Shown one piece after another: positions 47,350-55,581 of a stretch of 64,000 nucleotides of DNA (position 1 is the stretch's first letter; the number at the start of each line of letters is the position of its first letter). Made by a program: the position numbers and the translations under genes. The stretch covers positions 13,105-77,104 of the forward strand of contig DENL01000035.1 of the NCBI GenBank assembly GCA_002359655.1, in the 5' to 3' direction. This DNA is from Rickettsiales bacterium UBA2645 (GTDB lineage Bacteria; Pseudomonadota; Alphaproteobacteria; Rickettsiales; UBA1997). Below the pieces are notes generated by a model. It did no database searches, was not told the DNA's origin, and was given only the letters and a program-made list of their open reading frames with translations.

Positions 47350-48003
47350 ATGAAAAAAATTATTACATTATTGTTTTTGGTAACGACCGCTAATTGTAGT
47401 CTTGAGAGATACAGCATGACTCCTGAAAAATGGGTAAAGGATTCAAATGGCAGAATGGTTCACGATACACTCATTACCAGTGTTAGAACGTATGAAATCG
47501 AATGGAAAAATCAGGAAGAAGACGCAAAGAAAGCTATTTTTTACGAAAAGGCTGTCAGAAAGGATTTTGAAAGACAGCTAGAAAGATTAAGCAAAACCAT
47601 ATATCATAATTCGTTGCCGTTAATCGACTACAATAGCCCTTCTAATGAGAATAAAAAGAACTTACATTCATCTTTTAAAAAAGTTGAATCATACTTTCTA
47701 AGTACTCTTGAGGATTATCAGAGCGGCTTCCCCATTCCAAAATTTGATTATTCTTATTACGCAGAAAGAGGATACGAGAAGAAGAGCATAATTGCGCGAG
47801 CATCAGTTTCAGAAGAGCGTTTTGCAAAGTTCTTAGAAATTGTTGAGAACGATTATAAGCGCGATATTTTAAAACAATCTTTTGACAAGGATGGGATGGA
47901 AATGGCTAATCAAACTATAAAATGTATCATAAGACTATCTAGTCAACTTGCAGAAATTGAACTTGTTCGCGAGGAAATAAAAAATCAAAGTTGTCGTATT
48001 TAG
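47350..48003 (+). CDS. Secreted hypothetical protein, possibly a lipoprotein
   Basis: The N-terminus MKKIITLLFLVTTANCS looks like a signal peptide with a non-canonical lipobox. The rest is charged and helical-looking. Confidence 0.55.
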   Translation: MKKIITLLFLVTTANCSLERYSMTPEKWVKDSNGRMVHDTLITSVRTYEIEWKNQEEDAKKAIFYEKAVRKDFERQLERLSKTIYHNSLPLIDYNSPSNENKKNLHSSFKKVESYFLSTLEDYQSGFPIPKFDYSYYAERGYEKKSIIARASVSEERFAKFLEIVENDYKRDILKQSFDKDGMEMANQTIKCIIRLSSQLAEIELVREEIKNQSCRI

Positions 48004-48118
48004 GCAACACAACTTATAAGAAGAGTTGACTCAATCATTAGACAAAATTCATAGAAATTAAACAATTAGGGTCGTGGAACGCTTACTCACAAATTTTGCA
48101 AATAAATATCTATTAAAC

Positions 48119-48601
48119 ATGAAAAATTCACTGTTATTCATAGTAGTTTTTTCTTTTTTTATTAACTCATGCAAAGAAGAAAAATCAGCCACTAAAAATA
48201 CAACTTTAGAAAATAGTCATTATTACTCTTTCAAGGATGGTCTCCTATATGGATACGAACAGAAACCAAACTCAGATGGTTCAGAAAATCCATTAATAAT
48301 GTTTCAATATGCTGGTCAAAGAGATGATGTTTATCAACTATTCTATTCTCAAGATAATCACATAGTAAATGTGGTTGAATGCAAAAAGCCTTGTGAATTT
48401 ATGAAAAATAAGACTTATTACAATACCGAGGGAGGTAATGTAATTTCTAAAAATTATTTTAGAGCCTCCGATAAAACCATAGCTAAGCTTGCTATACTTG
48501 ATGCCATAAATGGAAATCTTGAACAAAGCGTTGTTGTAAAGAATGGCAAAAATTATGGTGTATGGTTTGGACAAAGGGTTGAGTTAACTCTGATAAAATA
48601 A
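48119..48601 (+). CDS. Putative lipoprotein, hypothetical
   Basis: The ATG at 48119 gives MKNSLLFIVVFSFFINSCKEEK, a lipobox-like INSC. Confidence 0.55.
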   Translation: MKNSLLFIVVFSFFINSCKEEKSATKNTTLENSHYYSFKDGLLYGYEQKPNSDGSENPLIMFQYAGQRDDVYQLFYSQDNHIVNVVECKKPCEFMKNKTYYNTEGGNVISKNYFRASDKTIAKLAILDAINGNLEQSVVVKNGKNYGVWFGQRVELTLIK

Positions 48602-48649
48602 CAAATGATAAAACAACAAAACTAATTTTGTACAAACTGCAATCAGATT

Positions 48650-48793
48650 ATGCCTGCAAGCACAAATAAGGTTAATCACACATTGCTATCAATCTTGACA
48701 ATTGGATGGTGGGCTATTGCTTGTTTTATAATATGTTTAGGAACTCTGAATGCAAACTTCTATTGTGTAAAATGTGGAAGCAAAACTAGATAA
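48650..48793 (+). CDS. Small (47 aa) membrane peptide with a C-terminal CxxC
   Basis: My own translation reads MPASTNKVNHTLLSILTIGWWAIACFIICLGTLNANFYCVKCGSKTR. It is below the ORF-track size cut-off. Confidence 0.3.
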   Translation: MPASTNKVNHTLLSILTIGWWAIACFIICLGTLNANFYCVKCGSKTR

Positions 48794-48940
48794 GTTTGTA
48801 ATTTCTATGGGACACTCTTGGGACACTCGCTCACAAATTTTGGCAAAAAATCAAAGATATTGACAATAACCATAATTCTCTAGAACCTCGGTAATACTGT
48901 TGTTATTTATTTTTATGTGTTGTCGTTTGTGCGTTCGCTC

Positions 48941-48987
48941 GGTCTTGTAAACAGTGGGTCGGGAGTTCGAATCTCTCAATCGGCACC
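48941..48987 (+). repeat. attR (duplicate of the tRNA-Thr 3' 47 nt, without the 5' half)
   Basis: It is identical to 41540-41586. The flanking bases differ on both sides. Confidence 0.85.
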
Positions 48988-49113
48988 AGCATTCACTCTC
49001 ACTGGCTTCGGCTGGCAAGTTAGCTTTATCTGGAATGTTGACAGTAGATTGTCAGAGCAAATGCTGCACTTCATAGTTCTAGTTGGAGAAGGCTTGCACT
49101 AATCTAATTCCTC

Positions 49114-49830
49114 ATGAACTTTTTAACCTCACTTCTTTTTTGGATCTTCATCAATGCTTGGGGAGCAATTATTCCCATCGTTTACCTTCCGCTTTCTTTG
49201 CTTTTTCGTAGCTCAAAAATTGCTGATCACGGCGCTAAAGTTTGGGCCTTATTCGGGTTGTGGGTTTTGAAAAAACTCTGCAGGATTGAACATGAAGTCA
49301 TCGGTTTAGAAAAATTACCAAAAGAAGCTTGTATAATAGCCTGCAAACATCAATCGATGTGGGAAACTATTGTTATGCATCTGATTTTTCATCGCCCTGT
49401 TTATGCTTTTAAAAAAGAGCTTTTGAAAATCCCTTTCTATGGTTGGTTTTTGAGAGTAATGAGCGGAATTGTTGTTGATAGAAATGGCGGAGCTAGCGCT
49501 TTGAAGAGCTTGATTAAACAAACTAAAAAATATTTAGAAAAAAATCAGACTATTATTCTTTTTCCTCAAGGTACGCGCGTTCCAGTTAAAAGCATCACCG
49601 ACAAATATCCTTATCAAGCTGGCATTGCCGCGCTATATCTTGCCTGCAATGTTAAAGTTGTTCCAGCAGCTTTAAATTCAGGAGTTTTTTGGCCCAGAGA
49701 TGGAATTATAAAAAAACCCGGTAAAATTATTTTGGAATTTTTAAATCCGATTGAAACAGGTCTCTCCAGACAAGATTTTATGACCAAGTTGGAAGAGGTA
49801 ATTGAAAAGAAAAGCAACGAGCTAATTTAA
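49114..49830 (+). CDS. plsC: 1-acyl-sn-glycerol-3-phosphate acyltransferase
   Basis: It has the acyltransferase motifs (CKHQSMWE, FPQGTR) and an N-terminal TM segment. Confidence 0.8.
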   Translation: MNFLTSLLFWIFINAWGAIIPIVYLPLSLLFRSSKIADHGAKVWALFGLWVLKKLCRIEHEVIGLEKLPKEACIIACKHQSMWETIVMHLIFHRPVYAFKKELLKIPFYGWFLRVMSGIVVDRNGGASALKSLIKQTKKYLEKNQTIILFPQGTRVPVKSITDKYPYQAGIAALYLACNVKVVPAALNSGVFWPRDGIIKKPGKIILEFLNPIETGLSRQDFMTKLEEVIEKKSNELI

Positions 49831-50262
49831 AGTTTTTTTCAAACTTTTTTTTACTTCTGGCGGCATGTATTTTTCATCATGCTTTACCAATAATTCACTT
49901 GAGAAGAATTGATTCTTTTCAATATCAAATTTGCCTTTTGCTACAACACCTTGACCTTCGCGAAATAGATCTGGTAGCAATCCAAAATAGTTAACAATCA
50001 AATCTTGCTCATAATCGGTAACTGTAAACTGAGTTGTTGTTGCATCAATTTTTCTAACAGAACTTTGCTTTACTAATCCGCCAATTCTAATTTTTTTATC
50101 AGCAGTTTTTTGTAAAATTTCTGTGGTTTTAAGCTCTGATGGCGCGTAGAAAAATACGATATTATCACGAAAATTTAGAATCACAAAAATCAACGCCAAT
50201 AAAGATATTAAAAAAACTGATCCAACAAAAATTATTCGCTTTTTTTTACGCTGATTTTTCAT
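49822..50262 (-). CDS. ccmE: Cytochrome c-type biogenesis heme chaperone CcmE
   Basis: It has an N-terminal TM anchor and the heme-binding region ...LLVKHDEKYMPPEV. Confidence 0.9.
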   Translation of the reverse strand: MKNQRKKKRIIFVGSVFLISLLALIFVILNFRDNIVFFYAPSELKTTEILQKTADKKIRIGGLVKQSSVRKIDATTTQFTVTDYEQDLIVNYFGLLPDLFREGQGVVAKGKFDIEKNQFFSSELLVKHDEKYMPPEVKKSLKKTLN

Positions 50263-50386
50263 TTTTGATTTTTGACTTGGCTATAAAATATTTTGTTAAG
50301 AAAATCATCATCAAACAGCTTAGAGCAAGTGAAGACAAGAAATAAGCAGCAATCACATAGTTTGAATAATCGGATAAATTTTCCAT
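50246..50386 (-). CDS. ccmD: Heme exporter protein CcmD (46 aa)
   Basis: My own translation reads MENLSDYSNYVIAAYFLSSLALSCLMMIFLTKYFIAKSKIKNEKSA. It is a single-TM peptide that overlaps the ccmE start, which is the usual ccmD position. Confidence 0.5.
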   Translation of the reverse strand: MENLSDYSNYVIAAYFLSSLALSCLMMIFLTKYFIAKSKIKNEKSA

Positions 50387-50459
50387 ATTTTTTAATTTAA
50401 ATTTTGAAGCAACTTGCAAAATAAAAGCTGCTTCTTAGTTTGCGCGACTCGTTTTATAA

Positions 50460-50535
50460 GCCTGAATAGCTCAGTTGGTAGAGCAAAGGACTGAAAATCC
50501 TTGTGTCGCTGGTTCGATTCCGGCTTCAGGCACCA
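50460..50535 (+). tRNA. tRNA-Phe (anticodon GAA)
   Basis: GCCTGAATAGCTCAGTTGGTAGAGCAAAGGACTGAAAATCCTTGTGTCGCTGGTTCGATTCCGGCTTCAGGCACCA. Confidence 0.9.
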
Positions 50536-50627
50536 CACTTTTGGTAAAATTTTCGGCAAACAAAAATTTTAGTCTTATAAATTGTGTTGCTACGCATGGT
50601 ACGAAATCGTGCGTTCACAACAAGTTT

Positions 50628-51320
50628 TTAGTTTATCTCGATCACCGAAACATTTCTTCCGCAGTCCTTCTCTCCCAAATGTGTTGATCTTCTGAAACTA
50701 AAAAAATCTTTTCCATTTTCATAAGTATCAATTTTTAGGTTTTTGATTTTTTCAACTCCAGCTTCACACAATTTTTTTTCCACATAAGAAGGTAAGTCGA
50801 ACTGATATTTATCCGAGCTTGTCCCCTCTTTGAAAAAATTTTTATTAGTCAAATCTTCAATTAAAAAATCATCCAAAAACTCTTGTGAAACTTGGTAAGA
50901 TTTTTGCTGAATCATTGGACCAATCACAGCTTGAATATTTTGCGCACCTAGTTTCTTTATCTCATCAACCGTTGATAAAATCACGCCAGATTTGGCTCCA
51001 CGCCAACCAGCATGAATTGCAGAGATAATATTTTTTTCTTCATCAAAAAGTAAAATCGGTGCACAATCGGCAGTAACCACTCCAATAACAATATTTTTTA
51101 AATTAGTTACAAGCGCATCAGCTTTGGGTAAGTTCTGATCGCCATAAATTTTTTCTAACGAGTCAACCACAAATACTTCGCTACTATGAATTTGGTTTAC
51201 GAATAAAACTTTTTGACTCTGAAAATTTTTTTCAAGCAACATTTTCTTAAGATCAAATCGATTTGAAAGTGGTCGATCAATAATACAATCTTTACCAAAA
51301 AAGTGATATTTTATACTCAT
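50628..51320 (-). CDS. pgeF: YfiH/PgeF (laccase-domain, purine nucleoside phosphorylase-like) protein
   Basis: It matches the family pattern: VTADCAPILL, HAGWRG, and C-terminal SFRR...GRN. Confidence 0.85.
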   Translation of the reverse strand: MSIKYHFFGKDCIIDRPLSNRFDLKKMLLEKNFQSQKVLFVNQIHSSEVFVVDSLEKIYGDQNLPKADALVTNLKNIVIGVVTADCAPILLFDEEKNIISAIHAGWRGAKSGVILSTVDEIKKLGAQNIQAVIGPMIQQKSYQVSQEFLDDFLIEDLTNKNFFKEGTSSDKYQFDLPSYVEKKLCEAGVEKIKNLKIDTYENGKDFFSFRRSTHLGEKDCGRNVSVIEIN

Positions 51321-52282
51321 ATTCTCTCTCTAAAAAATCGTAATTTTGCTAAATATTCTTGTGGATTTTTGATATTCACCAAAGAATCTTTCGGAGTAAA
51401 AAACATGTCGTGAAGCCTTGTCAATAAAAAGCGCATCGCAGCTCCAACCAAAGCTATTTTTAAGAAAGATTTTTCTAGCTCAGAAAATTTTCTTATCGAT
51501 TCATAACCTCGTAGTATTTCGTCAAAATGGTTTTGTAAAAAATTATTTTTTTCATCAAAGCACCAAGCATTTACAGCTATGGCAAAATCAAAAATCAATG
51601 CATCATTTGCGGCAAAATAAAAATCAATTACGCCGCTTAAATTAGCATTTTCATCAAAAAAAACATTATCTGGAAAAAGATCGAGATGAGCTGCATATGT
51701 TGGCAAATCATGCTTCCAAGAAGATTTTAAAAAACTTAAATTTTCAGTAATTTCACCAAGTAAGTTTTTTTGATAATTTTCAATAAGGTTTTCAAACTTG
51801 GAAAATAGAGCGCTCCAGCCATTAATGCCTAAATCATTTAGGCGCGACATTTCAAAATCCTGAGCTGCTAAATGCAATTTCGCCAAGATTTTACCAACTT
51901 CAAAACAGTGATTTATATTGATATTATCATAATAACCATCTTGACGGGATTTTAGCGTTGCGCCACTCAGAAAAGTAACGATAGTAGATTTTTTTTCTTT
52001 CAGATCAGAAATTATCAAGCCTGAATTATCAAAGATCGGGCGCGGACAAGGAATTTTTTTTTCGGCAAGATGCAATTTAAAATTTATGAAAAATGGCAAA
52101 TCATTTTTATCAATTCGCGATTCAAAAATTGTTAAAATAAATTTTCCTTTCTCGGTTTCTAAAATGAAATTTGAGTTATCGATTCCATCAATGATTTCTT
52201 TGAGAGAGATCAAATTTCCTAAATCGTATTTTCTTAAATGTTGTGAAATTTCTTGCTCAGAAATTTTTGTGTAAACTGCCAT
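51317..52282 (-). CDS. thrB: Homoserine kinase, type II (APH/choline-kinase fold)
   Basis: It has G..NSNF near the N-terminus and HLDLFPDNVFF...GVIDFYFA, the ThrB type II pattern. Confidence 0.8.
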   Translation of the reverse strand: MAVYTKISEQEISQHLRKYDLGNLISLKEIIDGIDNSNFILETEKGKFILTIFESRIDKNDLPFFINFKLHLAEKKIPCPRPIFDNSGLIISDLKEKKSTIVTFLSGATLKSRQDGYYDNININHCFEVGKILAKLHLAAQDFEMSRLNDLGINGWSALFSKFENLIENYQKNLLGEITENLSFLKSSWKHDLPTYAAHLDLFPDNVFFDENANLSGVIDFYFAANDALIFDFAIAVNAWCFDEKNNFLQNHFDEILRGYESIRKFSELEKSFLKIALVGAAMRFLLTRLHDMFFTPKDSLVNIKNPQEYLAKLRFFRERI

Positions 52283-53112
52283 TATTTTTTATCTTCTAGT
52301 TCTTGAGATTTTTGCCAGCCCGCTTGCCAGCTGGCGTTTGATTTAATACCTTTTGACCATGATCCTTGTGATTTTTTTTGCACAGATTCTACGCGCTCTT
52401 GGAATTTTTGTTTCGGCATTTCAAGCTTGATTTGACTTGTGATTTCAAGAGTGTGAGCCGCAATTTTTTGATCAATTTTTCTTTGAATTTGCTGATTAAA
52501 AATTTGACTGATGAATTTGGTAGTGTTTTCAAAAAAACTCATCACATCAGATGTAGCAAAATCTCCAGTTGATTTCACATTACGCGAAATACTTAATAAT
52601 TCAAAATAACGTGCAAAAAGTTCTGACAAAAATTGATGCTGTGGATAAGCTTTTAGAGCGTCAACCATCAATCTTTGCACTTCAGCTTTAAGAGTAATGA
52701 TTTCAGGGCTACGACCCTTCATATCGTAAGCGATTGCTTGACGAAATTCTTCACCTAAATTAATGCCACTTTCAAATTCCAGAGCGTGAGCCATTTCGTG
52801 AGCCATCAAGCTGCAAGTCATTTGACGCAGAATAATTGTCTTCTTTAAATTGGTTGAAAAGTTACCGAAAATTTTATTAAAAACTTTATTTTGCTCAGTC
52901 AGATAGCAGCCCAGATTTGTATCCCAACCTTTGATAATTTTTACTTCAAAGCGCAAATCTTTTTCTTTTAATTTTGTTAAAATTAAATCCAAACCATCTT
53001 TAAAAAGATCAATACTATAAAGCTGAGAAAAAGTTTGGACGAATTGATCAAGATTTTTTACACCTTCAAAATCAACTTGAGATTTAAAAATATTTTTCAG
53101 AATTTCGGTCAT
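52282..53112 (-). CDS. Hypothetical HExxH-motif protein (putative metallopeptidase-like)
   Basis: The 276-aa ORF has SLMAHEMAHALEFE and no signal peptide. It shares overlapping or adjacent stop/start codons with the neighbouring genes. Confidence 0.5.
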   Translation of the reverse strand: MTEILKNIFKSQVDFEGVKNLDQFVQTFSQLYSIDLFKDGLDLILTKLKEKDLRFEVKIIKGWDTNLGCYLTEQNKVFNKIFGNFSTNLKKTIILRQMTCSLMAHEMAHALEFESGINLGEEFRQAIAYDMKGRSPEIITLKAEVQRLMVDALKAYPQHQFLSELFARYFELLSISRNVKSTGDFATSDVMSFFENTTKFISQIFNQQIQRKIDQKIAAHTLEITSQIKLEMPKQKFQERVESVQKKSQGSWSKGIKSNASWQAGWQKSQELEDKK

Positions 53113-53113
53113 T

Positions 53114-53554
53114 TTATAAAGCTTTTGCTAAAATCATGGCACAAGAAATTGCTACATTTAAGGAGCGCATATTATTTTTCATCGGAATAAAAATTCGCTG
53201 ATCTGCTTTTAAAGCTACATCTTCAGGAACTCCAGCACTTTCTCTACCAAACATTAAAACATCATTTTCAGAAAAAATAAATTCACGATAATCTTTGCTG
53301 GCTTTGGTTGACGCTAAAATTAAACGCTGATTTTTTTTAATAATTTCACTTTCAAAAAATTCTTCAAAAGAGCTATGGCGAAAAATTTTTGCCATGTGAA
53401 TATAATCCAAAGCTGCTCTTTTTATACGCTGCATATCAAATGGAAAACCGCATGGCTCAATGATGTGAAGCTCTATGTCAAAACAAACGCAAGTACGAAT
53501 TATTGTTCCAACATTTCCAGCGATATCTGGTTGAAACAAAGCAACTTTTGTCAT
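53114..53554 (-). CDS. trmL: tRNA (cytidine/uridine-2'-O)-methyltransferase, SpoU/TrmL family
   Basis: LFQPDIAGNVGTIIRTC, FGRESAGVP and LNVAISCAMIL are present. The ATG at 53554 is preferred over the track start at 53701. Confidence 0.85.
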   Translation of the reverse strand: MTKVALFQPDIAGNVGTIIRTCVCFDIELHIIEPCGFPFDMQRIKRAALDYIHMAKIFRHSSFEEFFESEIIKKNQRLILASTKASKDYREFIFSENDVLMFGRESAGVPEDVALKADQRIFIPMKNNMRSLNVAISCAMILAKAL

Positions 53555-53700
53555 AAATCGATTTAATTTTTTTCGAACAAATAATTGAGAAAAACTTTTT
53601 AAAATTCTTTGTCTTTTAAATTGCGTATTTATAAAAACTTGTTCTTTATATACCCACTGCCATTTCACTAAAACAAAAAGCAAGCGCAAAACTATAAACA

Positions 53701-54039
53701 ATGAGCGAAACAGTTAAAATAATTTTTATTACAAAAGGTCAAAAACAAGAGTTTGATGTTTTAGTTGGCACCACAGTCTTGGAAGCCGCTCACAATAATA
53801 ACATCGACTTGGAAGGTGCTTGCGAAGGCTCTCTTGCTTGCTCAACTTGTCATGTAGTGGTTGATAAAAACTTTTATAATTTGCTTTCAGAACCAAGTGA
53901 AGATGAAGAAGATATGTTAGATTTAGCCTTTGGATTGACGCCAACTTCCAGACTTGGATGTCAAATCGTCATGACTAAAGAGTTAGACGGTCTGACTTTA
54001 ATAGTACCAGACGAAACCCGTAATGTTTCAATGAATTAA
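53701..54039 (+). CDS. fdx: 2Fe-2S ferredoxin, adrenodoxin type
   Basis: It has the C..G.C..C...C cluster pattern (GACEGSLACSTCHV ... LGCQI). Confidence 0.9.
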   Translation: MSETVKIIFITKGQKQEFDVLVGTTVLEAAHNNNIDLEGACEGSLACSTCHVVVDKNFYNLLSEPSEDEEDMLDLAFGLTPTSRLGCQIVMTKELDGLTLIVPDETRNVSMN

Positions 54040-54060
54040 CCTACAAAACAAAGTCAAAAT

Positions 54061-55578
54061 ATGAGCAAAGCCATTTTATTAAAGTCAGTAATTATTCTTG
54101 CTGTTCTTTCAGTGTTTCACAGCGTTTTTTGGTTCTTTAAAACTGGGCAAATTGAGAAGCAAATTAACAGTTTAATAAGCGAAAATAGTTCTTATGTCTC
54201 GGCTGGTGAAATTTCAGTTTCTGGCTTTCCTTTGAAACAAAGAGTATCAATCAAAGACTTGAAAATAACATTACCAAATCCAGCTTTTAGCAAATATCAG
54301 ATTGATATTAAAAATTTAATTGCAACTTCTGGAATCTTTAGTGGCGACTTCTCAGTCACTCTGAATGAGCAAGTTTCGGTTTTAGACACAGAAACCAACA
54401 TTTCTGGTTTGTTAGAATTCAACAAAGAGCCTGAAATCAAAGCGTTAATCGCAAAAGACTCTATCGCAAAATTTTCTTACAAAGACTCCGGGCACCGTGT
54501 TTTAGACGCTGAAAAAAATACTATTTACGCGGCAAGTACCGCAAACTTCTCTTTTGAATCAACTCTTGAAGAAGGTGATAAAATCAAAAACAAAATCACT
54601 GTTGATTTAAAAGATATCGAAGGCTTTGACATCTTAAGTGTTTACAAAAATTCCTCAGAGAAAAAAGTTATTGAAGGTATAAAAACCGGAGAAATTGCTA
54701 TTGGTAATTCTACCTCAGCAGCTGCAGCCCCCGTTGATACAAAAGCTACACCACCAATCACAGCTCCGACTACCACGGCCACAGCCAATAACACTGTGAA
54801 TCCTACGCCAGCAGATATTGCAAAAGCAGCTACTTTAACAGATTCTTCTGCTAAGAACACAAAACCAGAAGAAAAACCAGAAGATATGACAGCTGCACTT
54901 AACAACAATTTAGTTAAAAGTAATTTTGCCATGGATGTCGACTATACTTTGGTTCCAAACCAAGGCGAACAACAAACCCAAAATGATCCTACTCAAATTC
55001 AAGAAAGTCCGGTTCAATACAGCAGAGCTATAAAAGTTAACAGTCTAGAGTTCTCTAATCCGCTTTACAAAATTAGTATCAATGGCGAGTTTAATCTTCT
55101 TCAAGACGACTCTCTTCCTTCAGGCGCAGTAACTTTAAAAATAGAAAAGGTTAGTAATCTCGTAAATCATATAACAGCTGGTTTAAACCAAATTGCTGAT
55201 CAGAAAAAAATCGGTACGGTCGCGGCAGTAAAAGCAGCAGATTTAAATTCAAGCAATACAGCACCAACCACAACAGCGACAACTAATACCGTAGCAACAA
55301 ATGTGGCCACGCCATCGGCAACTACAAACAATTCAGCACCAGATGCTAGCGCAGCTTCTGCAGCCATAACTCCTTCAGCAGCAGTTGCTGTAAACGAAGA
55401 TTCATATCAAATCTTTGTCAGAAAATTTGCTGCTGGTTTAGATCCAGTTGTTAAAGAAATTAGCGCTAAAAATCCTTTGAGCAAAGATGATAATTCAGTC
55501 TTTGATATTAGAAGAGAGAAAAATATTGAGTTCTTGATCAACGAAACTTCAGTTCGCGAAATTTTAGGAAAATTCTAG
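54061..55578 (+). CDS. Membrane-anchored hypothetical protein with Thr/Ala/Pro-rich low-complexity linkers (possibly DUF2125-like)
   Basis: It has an N-terminal TM segment followed by WFFKTGQIEKQ. There are two T/A/P-rich tracts, at about aa 220-260 and aa 400-440. Confidence 0.45.
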   Translation: MSKAILLKSVIILAVLSVFHSVFWFFKTGQIEKQINSLISENSSYVSAGEISVSGFPLKQRVSIKDLKITLPNPAFSKYQIDIKNLIATSGIFSGDFSVTLNEQVSVLDTETNISGLLEFNKEPEIKALIAKDSIAKFSYKDSGHRVLDAEKNTIYAASTANFSFESTLEEGDKIKNKITVDLKDIEGFDILSVYKNSSEKKVIEGIKTGEIAIGNSTSAAAAPVDTKATPPITAPTTTATANNTVNPTPADIAKAATLTDSSAKNTKPEEKPEDMTAALNNNLVKSNFAMDVDYTLVPNQGEQQTQNDPTQIQESPVQYSRAIKVNSLEFSNPLYKISINGEFNLLQDDSLPSGAVTLKIEKVSNLVNHITAGLNQIADQKKIGTVAAVKAADLNSSNTAPTTTATTNTVATNVATPSATTNNSAPDASAASAAITPSAAVAVNEDSYQIFVRKFAAGLDPVVKEISAKNPLSKDDNSVFDIRREKNIEFLINETSVREILGKF

Positions 55579-55581
55579 TTA

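Larger units (their letters stand above)
41540..48987. mobile_element. Integrative genomic island (~7.4 kb) in tRNA-Thr(UGU), bounded by 47-bp perfect direct repeats
   Basis: attL is 41540-41586 and attR is 48941-48987, and the two are identical. The integrase gene sits just inside attL. No transposase, capsid or conjugation genes were recognised. Confidence 0.85.

Noticed and set aside
48855-48940. A TTGACA at about 48861 as an outward-facing promoter at the island's right end, reading into plsC
   Set aside because: There is no acceptable -10 hexamer at 16-18 nt spacing, and in AT-rich DNA a single -35 match is weak evidence.
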